Origin: Elusimicrobiota bacterium
Lineage (GTDB): Bacteria; Elusimicrobiota; UBA8919
Length of the DNA stretch: 64,000 bases
Direction of reading: 5' to 3'
NCBI GenBank assembly: GCA_040757695.1
Contig: JBFLWK010000004.1
Coordinates: 11,574 to 75,573 of the forward strand
Part shown: one piece after another, positions 54,357 to 62,807 of the stretch
Layout of the letters: each line of letters begins with the position of its first letter
Numbering within the stretch: position 1 is the first letter of the stretch
The notes under the pieces: generated by a model
Databases searched by the model: none
Seen by the model: the letters and a program-made list of their open reading frames with translations, nothing else
What the model was told of the DNA's origin: nothing
Position numbers and translations under genes: made by a program

Positions 54357-54674
54357 TTGTATACCTCATTACAAGAATATGGTTATATCCTGATCTTTAA
54401 ACCAACTTTATTCCTGCCAAATGGCAAAGTGAAAGGTAATATAGATGCGGAGTTAGTACTTCATACAATGATAGAGTATCCCAATTATGATAAAGCAGTT
54501 ATCGTAACCGGAGATGGAGATTTTCACTGTTTAATTGAATATCTCAAAAGACATAATAAATTGGGAAAAATTATCGTTCCAAATCGGTATAGATTTTCTT
54601 CACTTCTTAGGAAATTTGCTCCTCAAGATATGGTTTTTATGAATGGATTGAAAGCCAAGTTGGAATATAAATAA
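54357..54674 (+). pseudogene. N-terminally truncated NYN/LabA-like (DUF88) gene remnant
   Basis: KGNIDAELVLHTM...DKAVIVTGDGDFHCLIEYLK matches the C-terminal two thirds of NYN/LabA. The first catalytic-Asp region is absent and only a TTG start is available. Confidence 0.55.
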
Positions 54675-54816
54675 AAATGAGGGATATTGCCGCGGGACGA
54701 GCCCTTTGGATAATCCCTCATCGTGATTCAATAATAGTATAACAAAATATTTTAATTTTGTCAAGTGTTTTTTAAGATTTCAAATTTTTAAATACAGAGA
54801 TTTAAAGGAGTAAGTT

Positions 54817-56442
54817 ATGGGTTATCCTAAAGAATTCCAAAAATCAGTTGAGAAACTTGTAGCGACAAGAACAGAGCGGCTAAAACAAAAAATTACTGCA
54901 CTCAACCCGGAAGAGAAAGAAAAACTCTTAAAGGATTTTCATCCGGACTATAAATCAGGCACTCAAAGAAAATTACAACTCGGGTCCAACAAGGGCGACT
55001 CAACACCACATGAAATTGCAGATATACTTGAAAGTTACAGCAAGATAAATCCTGATGAAATTGACCCCCGAAAGAAACAATCGGGGGTTGACTTATCAAA
55101 TCCGGATTTTACAACGGATATTTTAATCATCGGTGGTGGCGGTGCGGGTTGTGCTGCGGCACTTGTTGCACAAGAAAATGGCTGTAATGTCTTGCTTGCT
55201 ACAAAACTGCGGCTCGGTGACGCGAATACAATGATGGCACAAGGCGGGATTCAAGCTGCAGATAAAGAAAATGATTCGCCTGGTTTACATTATCTTGATG
55301 TTATAGGTGGTGGTGGCTACAAAAATATCCCTGAGTTAGTTAAATCGCTTGTGATGGATGCACCTTATATAATGAACTGGCTTGAAGAACTTGGTTGTAT
55401 GTTTGACAAAAAACCAGATGGCGAATTTGTTACAATTCATGGTGGCGGCACCTGTAGACGAAGAATGCACGCAGCACGGGATTACACAGGTGCCGAGATA
55501 ATGCGTGTTTTAAGAGATGAAATAAAAAATAGAAAAATCCAGACGATAGAATTCTCACCAGCAATTGAAATTTTAACTGATAATGGGAAATGCACAGGTG
55601 CAGTTCTTTATAATCTGGAAACAGAAAAATATCTTGTTGTTGCTGCAAAAACGGTAATTTTAGCAACAGGTGGCAGCGGACGGCTGCATATCCAGAATTT
55701 TCCGACGACAAACCATTATGGTGCGACAGGTGATGGGCTTGTGATTGCGTATCGTGCAGGCGCAAAATTGGCATTTATGGATACGATTCAGTATCATCCG
55801 ACGGGTGTTGCATATCCGGAACAAATCGTTGGATTGCTGATTACCGAAAAAGTGAGAGGACTCGGTGCAAACCTTGTAAATTGTGATGGTGAACGATTTA
55901 TTTATGAACTTGAAACAAGAGATACCGTTGCATCAGCAATCATCAGAGAATGTTCAGATAGAAAAAAAGGTGTTGTAACACCAACAGGGATGCAAGGTGT
56001 TTGGCTGGATACACCGATGATAGACATTTTGCGTGGTGCCGGGACAATAAAATCACGATTGCCTGCAATGCATCGCCAGTTTATCAGATTCGGGATTGAT
56101 ATGTCAGAAGAGCCGGTTCTGACTTATCCGACTCAGCACTATCAAAACGGAGGTGTGTTAATCAATGATAGATGCGAAACGAATGTTGAAAATCTTTATG
56201 TGGCAGGTGAGGTTTCAGGCGGTGTTCACGGCAGGAATCGTCTTATGGGCAACTCGCTTTTAGATATTCTGGTTTTCGGTCGTCGTGCCGGTAAAAACGC
56301 AGCAGAAAAATCTAAAAAAATAAAACAAGGAAAACTATCGCTTGAACATATAAAAAAGTTTAATCAGTCACTCAGAAAACTTAAAATTCCGCCTGATAAA
56401 ATATCACCAATAGTTTTGCCAGATTACAGTGGAAAAACATAA
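54817..56442 (+). CDS. succinate dehydrogenase/fumarate reductase-type FAD flavoprotein with ~100-aa N-terminal extension
   Basis: DILIIGGGGAGCAAA, MAQGGI, ATGGSG, HYQNGG and GEVSGGVHGRNRLMGNSLLD. Confidence 0.8.
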   Translation: MGYPKEFQKSVEKLVATRTERLKQKITALNPEEKEKLLKDFHPDYKSGTQRKLQLGSNKGDSTPHEIADILESYSKINPDEIDPRKKQSGVDLSNPDFTTDILIIGGGGAGCAAALVAQENGCNVLLATKLRLGDANTMMAQGGIQAADKENDSPGLHYLDVIGGGGYKNIPELVKSLVMDAPYIMNWLEELGCMFDKKPDGEFVTIHGGGTCRRRMHAARDYTGAEIMRVLRDEIKNRKIQTIEFSPAIEILTDNGKCTGAVLYNLETEKYLVVAAKTVILATGGSGRLHIQNFPTTNHYGATGDGLVIAYRAGAKLAFMDTIQYHPTGVAYPEQIVGLLITEKVRGLGANLVNCDGERFIYELETRDTVASAIIRECSDRKKGVVTPTGMQGVWLDTPMIDILRGAGTIKSRLPAMHRQFIRFGIDMSEEPVLTYPTQHYQNGGVLINDRCETNVENLYVAGEVSGGVHGRNRLMGNSLLDILVFGRRAGKNAAEKSKKIKQGKLSLEHIKKFNQSLRKLKIPPDKISPIVLPDYSGKT

Positions 56443-56443
56443 A

Positions 56444-56472
56444 TTGACATTGTTGGTTAAATTTTGTAAAAT
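56444..56472 (+). promoter_or_regulatory. consensus sigma70 promoter upstream of the aor operon
   Basis: TTGACA, 17-nt spacer, TAAAAT. Confidence 0.6.
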
Positions 56473-56583
56473 GATGCTGTTGAAAAAGTCCTACAAGCCG
56501 TCATTGTAAGACTTAATAGAGTTTGCTGTTTCGGATTTGGAATTTGGAATTTGAAATTTGCCGTTAAAAGGGGGTGAGAAACA

Positions 56584-56841
56584 ATGAACGAGATAGAGAT
56601 AGGTGTTGTTGACCATTTTTACGGACACATTCCGGCTGCAACATTTACAGTTAAGTGCGAAAAAGTATCAGTGGGTGACACGATAAAGATTATAGGACAC
56701 GGACACGAGTTCACACAGCAGATTGAAGAGATGCAGATAGACAGACAAAATATCCAGGAAGCAAAACAAGGCGATGCAGTTGGAATAAAGGTGCTGCAGA
56801 AAGTAAAACCTGGCGATAAAATCTACAAAATCGTAGAATAA
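56584..56841 (+). CDS. small EF-Tu domain-2-like beta-barrel protein
   Basis: 85 aa. VGDTIKIIGHG...AKQGDAVGIKV...PGDKIYK resembles the translation-factor domain II fold. Confidence 0.55.
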   Translation: MNEIEIGVVDHFYGHIPAATFTVKCEKVSVGDTIKIIGHGHEFTQQIEEMQIDRQNIQEAKQGDAVGIKVLQKVKPGDKIYKIVE

Positions 56842-56864
56842 ACCCGAAAGTGTCATTGGAAATT

Positions 56865-58703
56865 ATGCCGAACGGATTTCATGGTAAATTGTTGGTTGTG
56901 AATTTAACCACACAAAAGATAGTAGAACGAAAAATTGACGATGCGGATGTCAAAAAATATTTTTTAGGTAGTGGCTTGGCTGCAAAAATTTTGTATGAAG
57001 CATATAAGCCACAAATCAATCCGCTATCTCCTGACAACCCGTTAATTTTTATGACAGGAATTTTTACTGGAACAATTATTCCAACCGCTTGCAAGCTTTC
57101 GGTCTGTGCAAAATCGCCATTAACAGGTATCTGGAATGAAGCAACCGTTGGTGGACATTTCCCGGCAACTTTTCGTGCTACCGGTTATGATGGAATGATA
57201 ATTACCGGCAGGTCTGAAAAACCCGTCTATCTTTTTATAGAAGATATAAGATATAAGATACGAGATGCGAGCAATCTCTGGGGCAAGGATACATATCAGA
57301 CAGCCGAAATTTTGGTTAATGAACATGGAACAGATGTAAAAGTTGCATGTATCGGTCCTGCGGGTGAAAAATTGAATTGTATCGCATCAATTGCCTGCGA
57401 TGGTATGATTTCCCGTCAGGCTGCAAGAGGTGGTGTCGGCGCAAATATTGGCTCAAAAAATCTGAAAGCGATCGTCTGCCGAGGAAAAAAACGGGTTGAT
57501 ATTGCAGACCGTGACGGGCTTCGTGAATTATTAAAAAAACAGATTCCTGAATTGGTAGAGAACACAAAAGGCTTACATGAGTTTGGTACATCAGGTGGTG
57601 CACCAGCAGTTGAGGCATTTGGGGATTTATCAATCAAGAACTGGCAACTTGGTGCGTGGAAAGATGAGATAGCAAAAATTTCAGGCACGAAGGTGCGTGA
57701 AACAGTTTTTGAGAAACATTACAACTGCTATTCCTGCCCAATCGGCTGCGGAAAAATTGTGAAGGGTGAATTAAAAGGGTTCGGTAGTTTTCACGGCAGA
57801 TATTCGGAATACGAATCTACCGGGATGCTCGGCTCAAATTGTCTGAATTCCGACTTAAATTTGCTGTGTTATACTGTTGAATTATGTAACCGTTACGGGC
57901 TGGATACAATCCATGTCGGTAATGCGATTGCGTTTGCGATGGAATGTTTTGAAAAAGGCATAATAACCACGAATGACACGAATGGGCTTGAAATAAAATG
58001 GGGCGATGCGAAGACAATGGTCTCTCTTATTCACCAGATTGGCAACCGAGAAGGTTTCGGTGGTGAATACCTTGCTGATGGCGTCGCAAAAGCAGCAGAG
58101 AAAATTGGCAAGGGTTCCGACGATTTTGCAGTGCATACAAAAGGGTTTGATTATCCCGCACACGACCCAAGAGGTCATGTCGGAATGGCATTGAATTATG
58201 CAACTGCATCTCGTGGCGCCTGTCATCTTGAAGGACTGACATATTTTTTTGATAGAGGAATTCCAGCACCTGATTTAGGAATCATATCTCCGCCGAATCA
58301 ATTTGATGAAACCGGAAAACCAAAAATCGTTTTTGATTCACAAAATTATCTCTCGGTGTTTAACCCATTAGGTATCTGTAAATTTCTTTTTGTTGGACGA
58401 GTAGGACCTAAAATGGTTGCCAGTTGGTTAGAAAAGGTCTGTGGCTGGGATGGATATTCAATGGATGACTTGATGACAACAGGCGAGCGGCTGTTTAATC
58501 TGAAACGGATGTATAATGTAAAACTTGGAATATCTTCCAAAGACGACAAATTACCGAAGCGTCTGCTTGAAGCCAAGCCCGATGGAAAAGCGAAAGGTGT
58601 GGTGCCTAAACTTGACAAGATGTTACCGGAGTATTATCAACTTCGTGGCTGGTCTGATGACGGTATTCCAATAGAAAAAAAATTAAAGGAACTAGGATTA
58701 TAA
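56865..58703 (+). CDS. aor: aldehyde:ferredoxin oxidoreductase (tungstopterin family)
   Basis: GKLLVVNLT start and CYSCPIGC cluster motif. About 610 aa, typical AOR length. Confidence 0.9.
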   Translation: MPNGFHGKLLVVNLTTQKIVERKIDDADVKKYFLGSGLAAKILYEAYKPQINPLSPDNPLIFMTGIFTGTIIPTACKLSVCAKSPLTGIWNEATVGGHFPATFRATGYDGMIITGRSEKPVYLFIEDIRYKIRDASNLWGKDTYQTAEILVNEHGTDVKVACIGPAGEKLNCIASIACDGMISRQAARGGVGANIGSKNLKAIVCRGKKRVDIADRDGLRELLKKQIPELVENTKGLHEFGTSGGAPAVEAFGDLSIKNWQLGAWKDEIAKISGTKVRETVFEKHYNCYSCPIGCGKIVKGELKGFGSFHGRYSEYESTGMLGSNCLNSDLNLLCYTVELCNRYGLDTIHVGNAIAFAMECFEKGIITTNDTNGLEIKWGDAKTMVSLIHQIGNREGFGGEYLADGVAKAAEKIGKGSDDFAVHTKGFDYPAHDPRGHVGMALNYATASRGACHLEGLTYFFDRGIPAPDLGIISPPNQFDETGKPKIVFDSQNYLSVFNPLGICKFLFVGRVGPKMVASWLEKVCGWDGYSMDDLMTTGERLFNLKRMYNVKLGISSKDDKLPKRLLEAKPDGKAKGVVPKLDKMLPEYYQLRGWSDDGIPIEKKLKELGL

Positions 58704-58712
58704 CAACTTTTT

Positions 58713-58913
58713 ATGAAACTTTCAGAAATTGAAAAAAAAGAAATGCTTGAAGACAGCAAAAGTAAAAAACGGATGCTTGACTTCAGAAAAATACAACATA
58801 TCCAAAAGAAAATGGCTTTTGAGGAATATATTGAGTGGCTAATGGAAATACAGAAAATTCACCCGGTAAAACCAAATAAAAATTCTGTTATCTATAAAAA
58901 TATAAAAATTTAA
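58713..58913 (+). CDS. hypothetical small protein
   Basis: 66-aa ORF between aor and gdhA. No family recognised. Confidence 0.35.
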   Translation: MKLSEIEKKEMLEDSKSKKRMLDFRKIQHIQKKMAFEEYIEWLMEIQKIHPVKPNKNSVIYKNIKI

Positions 58914-58931
58914 TGGAAATAGGGGGGGGGT

Positions 58932-60182
58932 ATGGTTGAAAAGATTAATCCGTGGCAGGTGGCACTGGAGCAGTTGGATGAAGTGGCAGGGAAGATGAAT
59001 CTGGATCCGGGTATTCACAAGAAACTCAGAAATTGCAAAAGAATACTCACCGTTTCTGTGCCGGTAAAAATGGATGATGGCTCTGTAGAAGTTTTTGAGG
59101 GCTACCGCGTTCAGCACAACATAGACAGAGGTCCCGGCAAGGGCGGAATAAGATTCCATCCTGATGTCTCACTTGACGAAGTAAAAGCGCTTGCGATGTG
59201 GATGACCTGGAAATGTGCGGTGGTGAACATCCCTTACGGTGGTGCCAAAGGTGGTGTGATATGCAACCCAAAGAAAATGTCTTTAGGCGAACTTGAACGG
59301 CTCACCAGAAGATACGCATCTGAAATTTTTATCATAATAGGTCCTGAGAAAGATATTCCAGCACCAGATGTCTACACTACACCACAGGTGATGGGCTGGA
59401 TAATGGACACATACTCAATGAATGTAGGTCACTGCGTACCCGGGGTTGTGACAGGGAAACCGCTATCAGTTGGTGGTTCAGAAGGCAGAAACGAAGCAAC
59501 AGCCCGTGGCTGTGTATTCACAATTTTGGAAGCCTGTAAACATTTAGGTATAAACATTAAAGATGCAACCGTCGCTATTCAGGGCTATGGGAATGCCGGC
59601 TTGATTGCCCATCGGTTAATCGTTAATGAAGGTGCAAAAGTAATAGCAGTTAGCGATTCAAAAGGTGGAGTGATAGATGAAAAAGGGCTTGACTTCAAAG
59701 CGATGGAAGAACATAAAAAGAAAACCGGTTCAATTGTAGATTTTTCAGGTGCTAAAAATATTACCAACGCGGAACTTCTGGAATTGGAATGTGATATTCT
59801 GATACCAGCTGCTCTTGAAAACCAAATTACAAAAGAAAATGCTCCACGACTAAAAGCCAAAATCGTCGCTGAAGCAGCAAACGGTCCTACAACACCCGAA
59901 GCGGATAAAATCTTGTATGACAAAAAAATTTTTCTTATACCGGATATACTCTGTAATGCAGGTGGTGTAACCGTTTCATATTTTGAATGGGTTCAGGACC
60001 TGCAGGCACATTTCTGGAAAGAGACGGATGTTAATGAAAAACTTCGTGAAATAATGACACGCAGCTTTGGTGAAGTTCTGTCAATTTCGCAGAATGAAAA
60101 AGTAAATATGCGACTGGCTGCTTATATTCTTGGTGTAGGTAGAGTGGCTGAAGCAATAAAAGTCAGAGGAATATATCCGTAG
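58932..60182 (+). CDS. gdhA: glutamate dehydrogenase
   Basis: GPGKGGIRFHP, KCAVVNIPYGGAKGG and GYGNAG motifs. Confidence 0.93.
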   Translation: MVEKINPWQVALEQLDEVAGKMNLDPGIHKKLRNCKRILTVSVPVKMDDGSVEVFEGYRVQHNIDRGPGKGGIRFHPDVSLDEVKALAMWMTWKCAVVNIPYGGAKGGVICNPKKMSLGELERLTRRYASEIFIIIGPEKDIPAPDVYTTPQVMGWIMDTYSMNVGHCVPGVVTGKPLSVGGSEGRNEATARGCVFTILEACKHLGINIKDATVAIQGYGNAGLIAHRLIVNEGAKVIAVSDSKGGVIDEKGLDFKAMEEHKKKTGSIVDFSGAKNITNAELLELECDILIPAALENQITKENAPRLKAKIVAEAANGPTTPEADKILYDKKIFLIPDILCNAGGVTVSYFEWVQDLQAHFWKETDVNEKLREIMTRSFGEVLSISQNEKVNMRLAAYILGVGRVAEAIKVRGIYP

Positions 60183-60244
60183 ACGCAGATGACCGCAGAT
60201 TTATCAGCGGCAATCAGCGTTAAAAATCAGTGGTAATCTGCGTC
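60182..60244. repeat. CGCAGAT/ATCAGCG hairpin starting in the gdhA stop codon
   Basis: GACGCAGATGACCGCAGATTTATCAGCGGCAATCAGCGTTAAAAATCAGTGGTAATCTGCGTC. Confidence 0.85.
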
Positions 60245-60266
60245 CTTAGATACAGGGAGGAACAAT

Positions 60267-61175
60267 ATGGCAAGAATGATTAGGGGTGGGTTAATTCAGG
60301 CATCTAATGTTATCTCACCAACGAAAGATACATCAAAGATGTCAAAGAATGAGATTAAGATTGAGATTGAGAAGATTAAAAAAGTGATGATGGAAAAACA
60401 TGCGAAACTGACGGAGGAAGCAGGTAAAAAAGGCGTTCAGGTTCTATGCTATCAGGAACTATTTAATCTTCCGTACTTCCCGGCAGAACACCATCAGAGA
60501 TGGTATGACTCCGCCGAACCGATACCGGGTCCGACAACGGAAGAGGTCTCAAAATGGGCAAAAAAGTATTCTATGGCAATAGTTGTTCCAATTTATGAAT
60601 ACGCTATGGATGGTGTGTATTACAATTCCTGTGCGGTTATTGATGCCGGAGGCAAACTTTTAGGCACTACACGAAAAATGCATATTCCATATGTTCATCC
60701 CGGATTTTATGAAAAGTATTATTTCAAGCCAGGAAATACAAACTATCCGGTATTCCAAACCGCATATTGTAAAGTAGCACCTTATATCTGTTATGATAGA
60801 CATTTTCCCGACGGTGCCAGAATTTTAGGGCTTCATGGTGCAGAGATTTTGTTCAATCCATCTGCCACGACTGCCGGCGTATCAAAATATCTGTGGGAGT
60901 TAGAACAGCCCGCACACGCGGTTGCAAATGGTTATTTCGTCGGTGCTATCAATCGTGTTGGCGAAGAAGAGCCCTGGAAAACAGGCAGGTTTTACGGCTC
61001 TTCGTATTTCTGTGACCCGAGAGGAAAAATACTTGTGAAAGGTTCCGAAGATAAAGACGAAATTATTGTTGCTGATTTGGATATGGAATTGATTTACGAA
61101 GTCCGAAACGCATGGGCGTTTTATCGCGACCGCCGTCCTGAAACATATGGGGATTTAACAAAGCTGTTGCCATAA
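60267..61175 (+). CDS. carbon-nitrogen hydrolase (beta-ureidopropionase / N-carbamoyl-amino-acid amidohydrolase-like)
   Basis: Nitrilase superfamily with CYQELF (Glu), RKMHIP (Lys) and ICYDRHFPD (Cys). Confidence 0.8.
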   Translation: MARMIRGGLIQASNVISPTKDTSKMSKNEIKIEIEKIKKVMMEKHAKLTEEAGKKGVQVLCYQELFNLPYFPAEHHQRWYDSAEPIPGPTTEEVSKWAKKYSMAIVVPIYEYAMDGVYYNSCAVIDAGGKLLGTTRKMHIPYVHPGFYEKYYFKPGNTNYPVFQTAYCKVAPYICYDRHFPDGARILGLHGAEILFNPSATTAGVSKYLWELEQPAHAVANGYFVGAINRVGEEEPWKTGRFYGSSYFCDPRGKILVKGSEDKDEIIVADLDMELIYEVRNAWAFYRDRRPETYGDLTKLLP

Positions 61176-61187
61176 AAAGGAGGAAAA

Positions 61188-61400
61188 GTGAAAGAAAAAG
61201 GATTGAAATGGCTTTCAAAAAATGAGAAAAAAATTGAAAAATATTCTGGGAAATGGATTGCTTTTGTCACAAACAAGGGAATTCTTTCTAGCGGAGAAAC
61301 AGTAAAAGAAGTTATAGATATAGCGGAAAAAAAATATTGTATATCAAACCCTTTTGTTTTTAAAGTCCCACGAAAAGATGAAGAGATGTATATTTTATGA
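61188..61400 (+). CDS. DUF5678-like small protein
   Basis: KYSGKWIAFVTNKGILSSGETVKEVIDIAEKKY. GTG start after AAGGAGG. Confidence 0.55.
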   Translation: MKEKGLKWLSKNEKKIEKYSGKWIAFVTNKGILSSGETVKEVIDIAEKKYCISNPFVFKVPRKDEEMYIL

Positions 61401-61789
61401 AATATAAATATCCTTATTTAAAATTTAGAAATCAATTTTACCCGTTGGTTCCTTTAAAAATCTGTAGTGGAAAAAGATATGTTAATACTTTTGCTCTGGT
61501 TGATTCTGGTGCTTCAATTTGTCTGTTTAAACCTGAAATAGCAAATCATCTCGGGATTGAAGTAGAAGAAGGCGAGGAAATTTTATTAGAAGGGATAAGT
61601 GGAAAAATAAGCATCTATTTACATAAAGTTACAATTCAGATAGGGATAGACAAATTTGATGCAACTGTTGGATTTTCAGAGGAGTATACAGCAAGTTTCA
61701 ATCTAATTGGCAGAAAAGATTTTTTTGATAGGTTTATAATATCTTTTAATGAGAAAAATAAAAAACTTGAACTTTTAAATGTAAAATAA
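61397..61789 (+). CDS. retropepsin-like (clan AA) aspartic protease
   Basis: ALVDSGAS active-site motif, ~130 aa, 4-nt overlap with the upstream gene. Confidence 0.7.
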   Translation: MKYKYPYLKFRNQFYPLVPLKICSGKRYVNTFALVDSGASICLFKPEIANHLGIEVEEGEEILLEGISGKISIYLHKVTIQIGIDKFDATVGFSEEYTASFNLIGRKDFFDRFIISFNEKNKKLELLNVK

Positions 61790-62055
61790 TTCCGTTTTTT
61801 CTTGCTAAAAGTTCCAGTTTATAGTTTATAAATAATGGTGACGGAGAAAAGTCAAACATTAGAAACATAAGAAAGATTAAGAAAGATTGGGAAAGATTTT
61901 TAATTTTTAATTGCTATTAAGAAATGGAGTCGGGAGAAAACACATATAACCCTAAGATATTGCCGACATATCTCATCGCCAGTCACAGCGTTAGTTGCAG
62001 TTGCTACGGGGTCGCTTTCAAGAATTTTATATAACTCGCTAATTAACTTATAGGT

Positions 62056-62379
62056 ATGACTATGAAAAACCTATGGAATAATGTGAAAAGAGAACATGTT
62101 ATTAAGGCTATTCAGAAATTTGAAAAGCTTAATCCAGATTATCCTAAACCTCGAAATACCTTTTTAGTTTATAATGGCAAGATATACCCTGCTAAACATA
62201 TTCGTGGACTTGCATTTGAAATTGCAAATAACAAAGAAATTAAGAAAAGCGAATATAGTGGTGGCCAAGAAACAGTAAATTTTTTCAAAAAACTTGGATT
62301 TGAAGTTGAATATAAGAAGGCCCGAGGAAACATAATGGGCGGAGTTGAATGGTTAACTTATTTCTGTAACTTTAAATAA
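62056..62379 (+). CDS. stand-alone domain resembling the DNA-reader (SBD-like) module found N-terminal to HNH/McrA-type restriction enzymes
   Basis: VIKAIQKFEKL...FLVYNGKIYPAKHIRGLAFEIA...YSGGQETVNFFKKLGFEV, recalled from memory as that family pattern. Confidence 0.4.
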   Translation: MTMKNLWNNVKREHVIKAIQKFEKLNPDYPKPRNTFLVYNGKIYPAKHIRGLAFEIANNKEIKKSEYSGGQETVNFFKKLGFEVEYKKARGNIMGGVEWLTYFCNFK

Positions 62380-62395
62380 ATTTGGCAGAAAAAAA

Positions 62396-62788
62396 TTGAA
62401 GAAGAAAACAAATTTTAGTATGGAAATTGTTTTTTATCCTGATGAAAATAAAGTTCGCGAAACAATAAAAGAAAACGACCCGGTTTTTGTGCTTGTTTCG
62501 TTTGATAAAAACGAGGTTTTAGTTGCACCAGCCGATGATGTGGTTGAACATACTATAATGCTCAGAAAACTTGGTCGTTCGGAACTGGATATTGACAAAT
62601 ATTATCGTGTGGTGGTCAATGGAACAGGTGCGGACTGGACATTTGTCTGTCCCTCGGATTACAAAGGCATTTCTGATAAAACCCGCCGAATAGAGCAATT
62701 TTATAATGATGGTATAGGTGCAATTGATTTAGCACTTAAGAAAATCGGATACAATGTAGAAATTGGAATTCCAACAAGATATAGATGA
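62396..62788 (+). CDS. hypothetical protein
   Basis: TTG start at 62396 (an in-frame ATG lies at 62420, MEIVFYPDE). No family recognised. Confidence 0.4.
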   Translation: MKKKTNFSMEIVFYPDENKVRETIKENDPVFVLVSFDKNEVLVAPADDVVEHTIMLRKLGRSELDIDKYYRVVVNGTGADWTFVCPSDYKGISDKTRRIEQFYNDGIGAIDLALKKIGYNVEIGIPTRYR

Positions 62789-62807
62789 CATTTTAAGATG
62801 ATGAGCG

